A DNA stretch of 64,000 bases. It comes from a virus (taxonomy: Duplodnaviria; Caudoviricetes). Below, piece by piece: positions 19,458 through 29,819 of this stretch (the first letter of the stretch is position 1; every line of letters starts with the position of its first letter). The stretch spans positions 895 through 64,894 of the IMG/VR virus record IMGVR_UViG_3300042305_001561; one strand, written 5' to 3'. The position numbers and the translations under genes were made by a program. Below the pieces are notes generated by a model. That model saw nothing but the letters and a program-made list of their open reading frames with translations. It had not been told where the DNA came from and searched no databases.

Positions 19458-20146
19458 ATTTTTTGTATGGTGAACGCCCAAATTACGTTCGGTGTAAATG
19501 CGCTATACAAGTTATAATTTTTTGGGTCATTTATAGTGTTGTCCGATTCATACCATTCTGCAAAGTTAGCAGAATAATAAAATTTTTCATCTGTAATAGA
19601 ATATCCTCTGCTCACAACTTCATTTTTTAATATACTCTGACGCCTATGGTCATAAGACCTAAGAAATGGTTCGCCAGTTTTTTCATAATTCATATATGGC
19701 CCAGCGGGTAATGTAATTATAAACTTAGACCTTTCGTCTTTAAGTAATTTGCAACCTTTTAATATTCCTTTTATGTCGTGATTCCACCGACATACATCTT
19801 CTTCATATACGCCGCTAGCCATCTTATTGCCAGAAAACCAAAACCCAAAATGTTCAAATACAGATACGGCTACAATATAATCATACTTCAAGTTTTCATC
19901 ATATTGTATAAAATCCGCCTCTACGTGCTTCCATTCCTTGCCATTCAAATCAAGCCAAGAATCTTTTTGTATTGAAACAATGTCCGTGGTTGTTACGTTT
20001 CTTGCGCCCAGTCCGAATAACGTTTCGCTCACGCCTTCTCCTCCGTGTCTTTCTCCTACAATCAAGATGGATTTTTTTATATCATCTATCTGATCAATGA
20101 AGTATGGAACTTCTACTATTTTTGTACCTGATAATTTTATGTTCAT
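19454..20146 (-). CDS. SAM methyltransferase-like protein
   Basis: VEVPY, YDYIVAVSVFEHFG, ITLP. Confidence 0.6.
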   Translation of the reverse strand: MNIKLSGTKIVEVPYFIDQIDDIKKSILIVGERHGGEGVSETLFGLGARNVTTTDIVSIQKDSWLDLNGKEWKHVEADFIQYDENLKYDYIVAVSVFEHFGFWFSGNKMASGVYEEDVCRWNHDIKGILKGCKLLKDERSKFIITLPAGPYMNYEKTGEPFLRSYDHRRQSILKNEVVSRGYSITDEKFYYSANFAEWYESDNTINDPKNYNLYSAFTPNVIWAFTIQKI

Positions 20147-20904
20147 GTAATTGAAATATTTATGTATGGATCCACTGTATTATACTCATATCCAAGTACA
20201 ACATCTTTTCCGCGAAATGGTGCAGAAAATTCCTCGTGAATTGCCGACACCCAATCTCGATCTTTACTGTGTCCCCAACAAGTTACTTTTTTTATCATAG
20301 CTTCTTTGGATCTTACCCAGGAATAATGATGTATGAAAGGTTTTCCACTATAAATTACATTTCTCGCTCGTTCGTTTTTTGGAACATAATCGTAAAATGC
20401 GGAACGTTCGTTTTCGTGGAATATAAAAATATCTTCTGTAAATGTTCCTTTTTTAACCAATACTACCGAATCTTGCCATTCTTTTGCCTGATATATAACA
20501 TCCCTGAAATAAAAATAATTGGCAAGCTTATAACTCGTTAATAGTTGATATTGTTGATGCGACCACCAATCCTTGAATTGATCTGGAACAATTATCTCAT
20601 CAACGTCCAAAAATAAAAAATAATCTGTATCTTGCGGTGCCATAGAAATGCCGACTTTTCTTGCAGCATTATGGTGCCACCGAGAGGTTTGCGATGGAGA
20701 ATATTGGAATTCAAAAAATTGAGCATTTTTATTCTCTTTAATGCCTCTATTAATAAGTTCCTTGTTTTCGGGAGTTCCGTCCAAGAAATGGTCGCAGTAA
20801 GGAACTATTACAGAGTCTGAAAGTGCCAGTGCACTATCGATACACGGTTTCAAAAATACGTAATCGTTGCTACAGTAATTTATGATTGTGGTTATTTTTT
20901 TCAT
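20143..20904 (-). CDS. GT2-like glycosyltransferase
   Basis: FLFLDVDE, HHYSWVR, WGH. Confidence 0.7.
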   Translation of the reverse strand: MKKITTIINYCSNDYVFLKPCIDSALALSDSVIVPYCDHFLDGTPENKELINRGIKENKNAQFFEFQYSPSQTSRWHHNAARKVGISMAPQDTDYFLFLDVDEIIVPDQFKDWWSHQQYQLLTSYKLANYFYFRDVIYQAKEWQDSVVLVKKGTFTEDIFIFHENERSAFYDYVPKNERARNVIYSGKPFIHHYSWVRSKEAMIKKVTCWGHSKDRDWVSAIHEEFSAPFRGKDVVLGYEYNTVDPYINISIT

Positions 20905-21839
20905 TTTATAAAAACTTCATCAAATCGCTGAATAACATTTTGTGGAGAAAATTTGATAGAATATCTATCCCAATCAATATTATTGACATATGTTTTATTA
21001 ATTTGCAATAGATAAGAAGTCAATTCGTCCGATGTTTTGTAAAGAATTCCGCGATCTCCGAGCATATCGATGTGAGCCCTCATATACCACCAATATTGTG
21101 CATCGTATGTGAATATTGGTTTGTTGAAGGATGAAAATTCCGCAACCGCGAGTCCAAAGGTCTCTCCGTCCGAGCGACCGTGTATCATTGCATCACAAGT
21201 ATTTATAAACTTCGATTTATAATCCAAGCTTGGACTGAAAGGAAGGAATTTTGCTCTAGGATGATCAGTGAATTGTTTGGTATTTAAAAATATTGCCCAT
21301 AGATCATTTCTCTGTTGCAACGCATTAAACACACCGGACTGAGCCTCACGCACGTCGAATTGATTATATCCACCAAGTCGGCCAATAACAAAATGATTTT
21401 TTGGTATTCCAAGTTCGTCATGAAGAGTTTGGGTTGTTTTTGGAAGATTTATTATGTGAGGAACCCATTTATCTTTTTTGAAATATTTGGCAAGCCACTC
21501 GCTTACACCGGCATATACGTCACCATGGGGCTCGGCCATACTAAATACACAATGGATTGCGGTCTTGCAGTTTTTTGGAAAATATTCTACGCCACCGGCG
21601 CGAGTCATATACAATACATCTATTTTTCTTTCATCAATTATTTTTTCCAATTCACTAATATCATTATACATGGCACACTCAAATCCAGAATATCTTTCCA
21701 AAAAAATAGATTTATTTATGTCACTGGAAATAACCACCTCATATCCAAGTATGTTTTTTAATGCGGAAGCGTAATCGTATATTACAGTACCATTTCCCCT
21801 ATCGTCTAGTACATTTGCGTGCAAACATATTTTTTTCAT
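20901..21839 (-). CDS. GT4-like glycosyltransferase
   Basis: CDAMIHGRSDGETFGLAVAEF. Confidence 0.8.
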   Translation of the reverse strand: MKKICLHANVLDDRGNGTVIYDYASALKNILGYEVVISSDINKSIFLERYSGFECAMYNDISELEKIIDERKIDVLYMTRAGGVEYFPKNCKTAIHCVFSMAEPHGDVYAGVSEWLAKYFKKDKWVPHIINLPKTTQTLHDELGIPKNHFVIGRLGGYNQFDVREAQSGVFNALQQRNDLWAIFLNTKQFTDHPRAKFLPFSPSLDYKSKFINTCDAMIHGRSDGETFGLAVAEFSSFNKPIFTYDAQYWWYMRAHIDMLGDRGILYKTSDELTSYLLQINKTYVNNIDWDRYSIKFSPQNVIQRFDEVFIK

Positions 21840-22531
21840 AAATATTTTTTAATTTTGGAGTAATTGTGCTCGTGCCAACATCCCCACAAACAAGGTCTCC
21901 TTGGCCACCAAGACTCATTATCAAACCTTTTAACGACCGCATATGAGACGTTATGTTTTTCTAGCTCCGTTTGTAAAATCAATTCGCACCATGGATTGAC
22001 CATATTGCCATCTACACAGACGTTTGGTTGATTGTATTCGGGTAAAACGTAATTTGCAAACACATTCGTGTTGAGTAATTTTGGGCGAATAACAAATATA
22101 TCCGTACTAATCATCCGATTCTGTGGAAAGTTTTTATAAAGAACTGGGTCTGGTGGGTTGCACATAGAAAATACAAATGCGTGGTCCATATTACTCACCA
22201 TCACCTGAAGAAGTTTATTTTCATCTACTACAAAAACGTCACAGTGCAGATGGAGAACGTTGTCATATTGTTTCCATTCATCATATAAATCGCTGAGGGT
22301 TTGGTGTAATCCTTGAACATATCCCGCATTCTTTTCCGTATGGATAAGCTTTTTGTTTGCATTGGGAAATAAATCAAAGCAATTACGAAGATACTTTTGA
22401 TCTATGTTTTTATTATTGTTGTGTAATATTAAATCAAATTGCCATAAAAAATTTGTTTTTTTGAGAAGGGTTGGCGCAATCATGAACTCTTCGGTCTGAT
22501 TATGTGATGTAATTAAAATTAAATTTTTCAT
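21836..22531 (-). CDS. putative glycosyltransferase-like protein
   Basis: NAGY, HLHCD; lies in the glycosylation island. Confidence 0.5.
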   Translation of the reverse strand: MKNLILITSHNQTEEFMIAPTLLKKTNFLWQFDLILHNNNKNIDQKYLRNCFDLFPNANKKLIHTEKNAGYVQGLHQTLSDLYDEWKQYDNVLHLHCDVFVVDENKLLQVMVSNMDHAFVFSMCNPPDPVLYKNFPQNRMISTDIFVIRPKLLNTNVFANYVLPEYNQPNVCVDGNMVNPWCELILQTELEKHNVSYAVVKRFDNESWWPRRPCLWGCWHEHNYSKIKKYL

Positions 22532-22533
22532 TT

Positions 22534-23217
22534 TTAACCTTGCCCCATGTTGGCCTGTTTCGACCAATTTTGGTTGTAAAACTTGTTTTGAGAAAGCTGT
22601 CTCTGGATCGTTTTGTCGTGTATAATTGCCCATTCCACTTCTTTAGGCAATGTTGCAACATATTCTGCACCTTCTATGGTCTCGTGCAATGGCTTCTTCC
22701 ATTGAATTTTTTGACTATTCTTATAAATACGAGATTGATAGTCCCCGTGATTCCAATTGATTATTTGTTCGTTTCCAAAATATTTTGGTAATGTGCTTAG
22801 ATGCCATCCCCACATAGCCGCATCTTGTGGAGTACATCCTCTCACAATATTGACTCTCGGCACTCTGTATAATTCGACTTGCGGATTGGACGTGATCAAC
22901 TCTTGCATATTTTGCAACAGTTCGGGCCAAAGATACTCGTCAGCATCAAGTTGGACAATATAATCGCCGACACAACGTTTTGAGCCATAGTTCTTATGCT
23001 CGGCAAAGTTCTTGTTTAATGCATGCTGAACAATAGAAAATCCATATCCTCTCGCGTTTTCTAATATATTCTTTGTATCTTCGTTGTCTGAGAAGTCGTC
23101 TAAAATAACAACTTCGTCATTCGATGCATTAGACTTCAAGTGAGTGTTGAGTTTCTCGGTCAATTCGAGAAGTTCGCGTGTCTCGTTGTGGCAAGAAATT
23201 AAATAACTGATTTTCAT
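22534..23217 (-). CDS. GT2 glycosyltransferase
   Basis: DDFSD, FAEHKN, LDADE, PRVN, DYQSR, LHE. Confidence 0.85.
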   Translation of the reverse strand: MKISYLISCHNETRELLELTEKLNTHLKSNASNDEVVILDDFSDNEDTKNILENARGYGFSIVQHALNKNFAEHKNYGSKRCVGDYIVQLDADEYLWPELLQNMQELITSNPQVELYRVPRVNIVRGCTPQDAAMWGWHLSTLPKYFGNEQIINWNHGDYQSRIYKNSQKIQWKKPLHETIEGAEYVATLPKEVEWAIIHDKTIQRQLSQNKFYNQNWSKQANMGQG

Positions 23218-23405
23218 CTTTTTATAAAGTTAAATAAATGAGATACTAAAGTTGCTTCATATTGATATCTCTAAATCCAAGCGGGGTCTTTGTATCTATC
23301 CAGCCCCGCGTCTGGTTCCCATTCATTCTCTATTAATACGTGCTTTTTACGGTCGTCTCCGTAGTTCTTGAAAGAACTGTCGTTAACGTGAATGTAAAGA
23401 GCCAT
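23214..23405 (-). pseudogene. short ORF interrupted by one TAG (possible gene remnant)
   Basis: MALYIHV...PAWI*RYQYEATLVSHLFNFIKR*; the final TGA overlaps the next ATG. Confidence 0.35.
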
Positions 23406-23410
23406 AAAGA

Positions 23411-24721
23411 TCAGGCAACAGTGGGCGCTTCAGCGGGAGTTATTTTCTTAAATTTTGGCAAAGTAATTGCAACCTTCTTCTCGAACACTGGAAGATGCTT
23501 GTCAAGGACTTCGAACAACTTATTCCCCGCTTCATCCAGATTAAACTTCTGAGAATTTTGTACGCGCAACTTTTCGGAATTTGGGACGTAATTTATGTAA
23601 TTTTCATACATGTCTTCCAATTTTTGTGCAGCAATGCTGTAGTTGGCGTTGAACCATTGACCTTCCTTCACTAGCCATTCGTTACAAGCACTTGGATGAA
23701 TATTTACCAGTGTACCAGGCAATAAATTTGAGAGATTCTCCGGTAGAAAATCTACGTGTCCACTCCAACCAGTGGTAAGAAGTGGTTTTCCACTAAGAGT
23801 CGCTTCCAATAGCGGTCTTCCAAACCCCTCGCCATGTGTAAGACTAACGTGAGCTTTCACCTTCGGATGATTATATAAACGATTCAACTCAACCGGAGTC
23901 AATTCTCCGTGTATAATATATATATTTGGGAGATTGCCAGACAGCGAAGCACGAATATCATTGATTTTCTTTAATATTTCAGCTTTATCTATCTTAGAAA
24001 AAGTTGCTCCACTTGTTTTGAGAATCAACGCTGGTGCATTTTTCTTGTTTTTAAATACTTCACTAAAGATTTTCACTAGCATTCCGACATCTTTTCTATC
24101 TGCGCCGAGATCGCCCTGAATCCAATGTCCTACGAATAGATAACAAAATGTTTCTGGAATTGCGTTTAGTGCAGAATCTATTTCTTCAGACGGTTCATTA
24201 GTTTTTTTGTAAATATTTGTATCTACGCCTTCGAACACAACTTCAATTGGTTTATTAACTTGAATCTTATCCGTGACGCCTGTTCTTTCATCTCTGCGGT
24301 CATATGCAGTTTTTACGAATACTTCCTTCGAGAAATTGGATGGAACTATGTTTAGATTCATTCTATTAAGCCCTTCTATCCATTCTGGTTTTGGTACCGT
24401 ACTTTCAATACCCGCCGTTACACCTATATTGTATTTTCCTTTTGGTTGAAATTCGTTCGGAATAGATACTTGAACAAATAATTCCGGCTGCGAAGTAAGA
24501 TTTGTTGTCAATATTCTACTTTTGATTTCTTTCACCATAGGACGAGTTTCGTCATCCAACATCGTATTGGGGCATACTCCCCATCGCATCGGTACGATTT
24601 TAACGTCAAACTTATCATACTTGATAATGTCAGTCGCTAATGCAAAGCAATGGTCGCCATATCCAGAGCGAGATGCTATTGGACCTTGTATGACACATAC
24701 TGGTTTAATTTCGTTGCTCAT
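23411..24721 (-). CDS. GT4-like glycosyltransferase
   Basis: SRSGYG, RKDVG, THGEGFGRPLLEA. Confidence 0.85.
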   Translation of the reverse strand: MSNEIKPVCVIQGPIASRSGYGDHCFALATDIIKYDKFDVKIVPMRWGVCPNTMLDDETRPMVKEIKSRILTTNLTSQPELFVQVSIPNEFQPKGKYNIGVTAGIESTVPKPEWIEGLNRMNLNIVPSNFSKEVFVKTAYDRRDERTGVTDKIQVNKPIEVVFEGVDTNIYKKTNEPSEEIDSALNAIPETFCYLFVGHWIQGDLGADRKDVGMLVKIFSEVFKNKKNAPALILKTSGATFSKIDKAEILKKINDIRASLSGNLPNIYIIHGELTPVELNRLYNHPKVKAHVSLTHGEGFGRPLLEATLSGKPLLTTGWSGHVDFLPENLSNLLPGTLVNIHPSACNEWLVKEGQWFNANYSIAAQKLEDMYENYINYVPNSEKLRVQNSQKFNLDEAGNKLFEVLDKHLPVFEKKVAITLPKFKKITPAEAPTVA

Positions 24722-24740
24722 TTATATAACCTTTTGTTTG

Positions 24741-24932
24741 TTAGGGTGCTGTGCCTGGTGTGTTTTGACCTTCTTGCTCTTGAATAATAGCTTCCATCTC
24801 GGATTTAACATCGTTGATGCGATCCTTGAAGTCAGTCATAACAACTCGCTTTTCCATTTCAATTTCACGAAGTTGCTTGGCAAGTTCGTAGATTTTTGTC
24901 TTTGCTTCTTCCTTAGTTAATGCTTTAGCCAT
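24741..24932 (-). CDS. small coiled-coil protein
   Basis: ORF in operon. Confidence 0.55.
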   Translation of the reverse strand: MAKALTKEEAKTKIYELAKQLREIEMEKRVVMTDFKDRINDVKSEMEAIIQEQEGQNTPGTAP

Positions 24933-24940
24933 AATATTTC

Positions 24941-26419
24941 TTATTTGTTATATTTTTTTAGTACTTCATCTTTATTGATCTTAGGAATTGGAAATCCAAG
25001 ACTATTGTTTGGCATGTTGTGTCCAACATATTCATCGTGACGATGAATGTTAAATCTTTCACGACCTTTCCAGTTTGCCATCATATTGTCCAGTCCATTT
25101 GCCATTTTTTCACACATACTTTCTGCACTTAGTCCGCCAACTCCGCACATCCATTCTCTACCTTCTAATGCATATTCACGACGCTTTTCCTTACCGGTTA
25201 GATACCAATACATGAATGCTTCAGCACAATCTTCCCACTTGGCATAATCGGCAAGAATGTATGGAGTAGGAATACTACCTTGCATCATTCTTGCGCCCGG
25301 AAAGATTGGTGTAACCCATCTGCCGTGATTCTTGTATCTACCATCGGCATTAGTTCCCCATCCATTTTCAAATTGCACCGGATTTCCTGCATCGTCCGTA
25401 AATCCACACTGATCCTGCAATCCTCCAGTAACCGTGACAATTATTGGAGTACCTGCCATTACGCTTTCCGCAGTAGCAATACCAAATCCTTCGTTGTCGG
25501 AAAGATTCACTGTTACATCTGCAATGTTATATAACTGATTCATTCTTTCTGGAAGAACCTTGTCAACACTGAACACTACATCATAATTCGGGCAAAATGC
25601 CTGCTTGCACGCTGGCAAATCGGTACCCGCTTCATCTACTGGATGTGTATGTAGGAATAATACGCACTTTGCTGCTTCTTCTTTTGGTAGATTGTCACAG
25701 AATGCTCTATACGCAAGTAGTATTGTGCTGGTTTGCTTGCGACGAATATTTCTATTATTATAGAATATTACGAACTTATAGTCCTTCTTGAAATACTGTC
25801 TGCGTATTAGTTGCAATTCGCTCAATTCAGCTTCGGTAGTCAACGGTCTAAACATCTTACGATTAATACCGTGCGGCACATACGATACAGTTGTAGGATT
25901 ATTTAGTGTAGTTCCAAGAATGTTCTTTACAATGTTTTCTGTCTGCTTGCTGATACAGCCAATCCAATCGCACGACTCATAGTATGGACGATTATACATT
26001 GGATATGGAAGATCGTCCCAGATGCTATAAAACCCGATTGGAATTTTTTGACGCAATTCACGCTCAATCTGATATAGCCAAATCCAAAAACGAGGGTCAG
26101 TAAAATGAAGCAACGCATCTGGTTTTTCCATCTTGATAACTTCGTTTAGAAGATTGGCGTCCCCATAACCATCAACTGGATATAGGCGAACATACGAATC
26201 ATCTATACCAGCAACTTGGTTGGTGGCTTGGTCAAGATTCATTATCTTGCCTTTTTCGGGATGCGTTACGCTGCCTGCCATTTGCACCCAGTTGTATTTG
26301 CCCGCCAGACCTGTTACAAACTCTCTTGCCATTGTAGCAATACCAGAATGCATTCTCAGGTCATCGCAAAGCAGTATAATCTTTTTTCTGTCCTTCTGAG
26401 GAATATAACTATTTACCAT
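24941..26419 (-). CDS. GT4-like glycosyltransferase
   Basis: HSGIAT, NRNIRRK, NEGFGIATAES. Confidence 0.85.
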   Translation of the reverse strand: MVNSYIPQKDRKKIILLCDDLRMHSGIATMAREFVTGLAGKYNWVQMAGSVTHPEKGKIMNLDQATNQVAGIDDSYVRLYPVDGYGDANLLNEVIKMEKPDALLHFTDPRFWIWLYQIERELRQKIPIGFYSIWDDLPYPMYNRPYYESCDWIGCISKQTENIVKNILGTTLNNPTTVSYVPHGINRKMFRPLTTEAELSELQLIRRQYFKKDYKFVIFYNNRNIRRKQTSTILLAYRAFCDNLPKEEAAKCVLFLHTHPVDEAGTDLPACKQAFCPNYDVVFSVDKVLPERMNQLYNIADVTVNLSDNEGFGIATAESVMAGTPIIVTVTGGLQDQCGFTDDAGNPVQFENGWGTNADGRYKNHGRWVTPIFPGARMMQGSIPTPYILADYAKWEDCAEAFMYWYLTGKEKRREYALEGREWMCGVGGLSAESMCEKMANGLDNMMANWKGRERFNIHRHDEYVGHNMPNNSLGFPIPKINKDEVLKKYNK

Positions 26420-26464
26420 ATATAACCTTGTATTATGTTTTAAATCTGCGTTATGTCAAATTAT

Positions 26465-26674
26465 TTAAAATGCAGAACCGCTGATTTGTAAAGAATTTTC
26501 TTCGTTGAGCTTCTTTCTGAACTCTGGATCGTTGATATAAAGATATACACAACGATTTACAAGTTTTTGTAGCGTCATTCCACTTGATACACCTGCTTCC
26601 TTAAAAGCAGTATATTTGTCCTTGAACAGGTGTACAGAAGTGAATGATGTTTCGTGGCTAGTTTTTAGTTTCAT
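26465..26674 (-). CDS. small putative DNA-binding protein (ribbon-helix-helix-like)
   Basis: FTSVHL strand followed by two helices (MTLQKLVNRCVYLY). Confidence 0.5.
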   Translation of the reverse strand: MKLKTSHETSFTSVHLFKDKYTAFKEAGVSSGMTLQKLVNRCVYLYINDPEFRKKLNEENSLQISGSAF

Positions 26675-26801
26675 ATATATGATTGTTAGATTTCTCTATA
26701 TACATATATATGAGATTAGGTTTTCCGTATATATAAAAAACTATTGGCGTATAGAAACTAACAATTTTATTTTCCGTTTAATTATACCATATTTATTGAT
26801 T

Positions 26802-27194
26802 ATGATTAAACTAATAGAAATATTACAAGATGTTATAGACGACGAAATAAAATTCAGTAACAAGGGTGACGGAGCAGGCTACGAGTTAGTTAAAAAAAAT
26901 CCGTTTAATATTAAAAAATTAGTTGATCGTGGTATTATATTTGTTACTAAACCCGGCAATGGTAAAGGTGGAGTAGATGAACCAAACTGGGAGGGCGATG
27001 CTAGTATTATTACATTAAAAAACCTATCCAATCCAGATCCTTGGATGAAAATAGCAATAAAAAGTCCAATGCCAAAATCCATTCCATATATACAAAAAGA
27101 TCAAGATAAATTACTTTATAATGGAAAATATAATCAAATACTTTGGGGTATTGAAAAAAAGGGATTCAAGCCCGAAGATTTTTATTTGAAGTGA
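26802..27194 (+). CDS. hypothetical protein with MIKLIEILQD leader
   Basis: TATTTAT just upstream of ATG 26802. Confidence 0.6.
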   Translation: MIKLIEILQDVIDDEIKFSNKGDGAGYELVKKNPFNIKKLVDRGIIFVTKPGNGKGGVDEPNWEGDASIITLKNLSNPDPWMKIAIKSPMPKSIPYIQKDQDKLLYNGKYNQILWGIEKKGFKPEDFYLK

Positions 27195-27209
27195 AATTAA
27201 AGTGATATA

Positions 27210-28214
27210 TCAGCCTTCTTTTCCGTTACAATAAAGTTCGCCTTTATCGTTCTTGAGTGTCTTGAAGATACAATACTTACAGTTTTTGCGGCCCTTGCCA
27301 GGATTCTTTAGAAACACAGCGTCTTTATTATATTCACCGTTGTCATCAAAGCCATTTTTTATAAAGTCAAGAAAAGCAGATTCTACTTCTTTCATGCTCA
27401 TCTTGCCATCTGGCGGCGATATGCGTTGAATACGCTGCTGCGGAAACTCAGCATCTTCAAGTAACTTACGCTTGACTACAAAGAACTCAACTTCTATGTC
27501 AGACATCGGTACCTTGAACATTTGATGATAAAAACGCTTATACAACAGTAGTTGGTCAATCTTCGTGCGATCCGCTTTTTGGTACTTGTTCCAGCCTCTA
27601 CTGCTAGTCTTGAAGTCGAGAATAAGAATCTTTTGCGTTGTTTTATCTCTGAAAACGATGTCAAGAAAGCCTTTGTATAATATCGTATTGCTTCTCAGTG
27701 GAATCTCCAACGGCAGTTCAATGCCAACAATTTCATACTTCTTGCTAGGAAAATGCTTGCTACGCTGAGAATAACTCAATACGTGATCAAGAATAATCTT
27801 ACCATCGTTCTCAAATTCAGATACAAGTTGCGGAGTAATCAATCCTAATGCCTCAAGATCTTCTTCATTCAACTTGGATTGTTCTGCATCCGCAATCTTG
27901 AGATCTTTCAATCCCTCTTCATACGACTTCTTAAAAATAGAAAAAGTATCAAGTGCGTCTGCTTCTGTGGCACCCACCGTATATAGCACTCGCAGATACT
28001 CTTGCAAGGCTTCGTGGATACCTGTGCCAAAAACTGTGTGAATGCTTGCCTCATATGGAGCAAGCTTGTCTATATACGACAGTTTCCATTGCTGGGGGCA
28101 TTTCAGCCACATAGCATATTGACTGAAGCTTACTGTTTTCAGTTTTTTTGTTTCTTCTTGCGTAGGCAAAGGAGTTTCTGCTACTGGTTCGGCGTAAAAA
28201 TCATTTATAGACAT
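27210..28214 (-). CDS. PD-(D/E)XK Cas4/RecB-like exonuclease
   Basis: SFSQ..CP, GTGIH, GFLD, DFKT, QLLLY, CKYC..C. Confidence 0.85.
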   Translation of the reverse strand: MSINDFYAEPVAETPLPTQEETKKLKTVSFSQYAMWLKCPQQWKLSYIDKLAPYEASIHTVFGTGIHEALQEYLRVLYTVGATEADALDTFSIFKKSYEEGLKDLKIADAEQSKLNEEDLEALGLITPQLVSEFENDGKIILDHVLSYSQRSKHFPSKKYEIVGIELPLEIPLRSNTILYKGFLDIVFRDKTTQKILILDFKTSSRGWNKYQKADRTKIDQLLLYKRFYHQMFKVPMSDIEVEFFVVKRKLLEDAEFPQQRIQRISPPDGKMSMKEVESAFLDFIKNGFDDNGEYNKDAVFLKNPGKGRKNCKYCIFKTLKNDKGELYCNGKEG

Positions 28215-28295
28215 AAAATCAGTATATATCAAGTATTGTTGATGTCAATTGTAAAGAGTTTATATTTATTTAGATAAACAAAAAATATATCATAT

Positions 28296-28763
28296 ATGGA
28301 TAACAAAACATTCACACACGTTCTACAGAAAAAGGGAGTATTACGTACTTTTTCAGTGGCAAAGGTTGTAAAGAAGAAAGACATAGATGAGTTGAAAAGT
28401 TTAATTAAAAGTATTGCGGCGAATGATGCAGAGTATAATCAGATGCTAAAGGAAGAAATGGCTAAACTATCAGACATGCATAGCGATAAAAATCCAATAC
28501 CTGGCATCATATACAACAATGATGAGTTGTCGGCACGCAGAAACTTGATATATGCCATCGCAAACAAGTTCTCAAAAAATATCAAGAGCATGAACTTTGA
28601 GAAGGGAGAACTTGCCTTCTTGATTTCTTCTATCGTGGCAAAACTTGAGTTAGAGCACGAAGACTTTACCAAACTAAGCGAAGAACTTGAAAACGAACTT
28701 GGCGACGAAGATGATGAAGATGGCGAAGACCAAGAAGAAGATGGTGATGAATACAAATACTAA
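28296..28763 (+). CDS. hypothetical protein with acidic tail
   Basis: ORF; TATTTAT upstream. Confidence 0.6.
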   Translation: MDNKTFTHVLQKKGVLRTFSVAKVVKKKDIDELKSLIKSIAANDAEYNQMLKEEMAKLSDMHSDKNPIPGIIYNNDELSARRNLIYAIANKFSKNIKSMNFEKGELAFLISSIVAKLELEHEDFTKLSEELENELGDEDDEDGEDQEEDGDEYKY

Positions 28764-29377
28764 AACTTTTGTATCCAAATCTTCATAAACTTTTCTACGT
28801 GTTCATTCAGTTTTGGATTCAGTAATAGTTCTTCGGCTGTCATCTTGCCTTCATCTTCCCATTCTATGCGGTGTTGTGCGGCGGCTTTGATTTTTGGATT
28901 GTTGGCTTCTTCGTGGTCATTGGCGGGCAATACAAACTTCTTTACGCCATCAACAATGCTATACTTGCTGATATGACACAGCACTCCTTTGGTCTCTTTC
29001 TTCAAGAAGTATAGTTCATCTTTTTCATATACATCATATCGCACATCCGTAACGATATAAAAGTCATAGTTGGATTCATCAATAGTTTTCTTGGCAAGAT
29101 CAACCCAGTATCTGCCATTTGTGCGTTTGCGTTGAGCATCGCCATACCATACAAGCATAGGACGAATAAGAATCTTTTCTTCAGGAACTTGTGTAAAAGC
29201 AGATATGCCAAGATTTTCCAATAAAAACTTATCGCAATGCTGCTTTAGCGGGTCAGCAAATGCGACCTTCTTGACGCTATAACCAGCCTGCTGTAGTTTC
29301 ATTTCTACAATAGAAGCAAATGTATCTTTACCGCTGCGGGCTGCGCCTCCAACTCCTATAACATTTTTATTAGACAT
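28760..29377 (-). CDS. deoxynucleoside monophosphate kinase
   Basis: GAARSGKDT, FADPLK, TDVRY. Confidence 0.85.
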   Translation of the reverse strand: MSNKNVIGVGGAARSGKDTFASIVEMKLQQAGYSVKKVAFADPLKQHCDKFLLENLGISAFTQVPEEKILIRPMLVWYGDAQRKRTNGRYWVDLAKKTIDESNYDFYIVTDVRYDVYEKDELYFLKKETKGVLCHISKYSIVDGVKKFVLPANDHEEANNPKIKAAAQHRIEWEDEGKMTAEELLLNPKLNEHVEKFMKIWIQKF

Positions 29378-29381
29378 ATGT

Positions 29382-29816
29382 TTATTCCCATTTACGATGA
29401 TCTTCTGCCACCCATTCCCAACCATCATATTCAGCAATATGCCATTTTACATCGTCGGGTACTTCAACGATTTTTATTTTACAACTGCTTCCGCTTGCTG
29501 CCTCTGATCCAAGTTCTTCAATCGCCTCAATCAAAAACTTGTTGGTTCTGTCATTTGTAAACCTTTCGTTTACGCGATAATCGTGTGGATTTTTTTGCTC
29601 TTGAGGGTTTGGTATAGAAAACGCAATATAGTCACCGCCATAGCCACGACGGTCAGTCAAATCATGTGCAGGAACAAGTTTACTCGTGAACGTATGATCG
29701 GTAGTATATTCATACTTGAAGAAATAACAACTAACGCCTGCTTTTTCGCAGTATAGTTTCAGTGCTTCGGGTGATAGACCAAACCCTCCATAAGATGCGT
29801 TGATGGCTACTTTCAT
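29382..29816 (-). CDS. phage hypothetical protein
   Basis: INASYGGFGLS...EYDGWEWVAEDHRKW. Confidence 0.7.
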   Translation of the reverse strand: MKVAINASYGGFGLSPEALKLYCEKAGVSCYFFKYEYTTDHTFTSKLVPAHDLTDRRGYGGDYIAFSIPNPQEQKNPHDYRVNERFTNDRTNKFLIEAIEELGSEAASGSSCKIKIVEVPDDVKWHIAEYDGWEWVAEDHRKWE

Positions 29817-29819
29817 ATG

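Noticed and set aside
27210-28214. CRISPR-associated Cas4
   Set aside because: Solo Cas4/RecB-like nuclease typical of phage replication regions; no cas1 or array.
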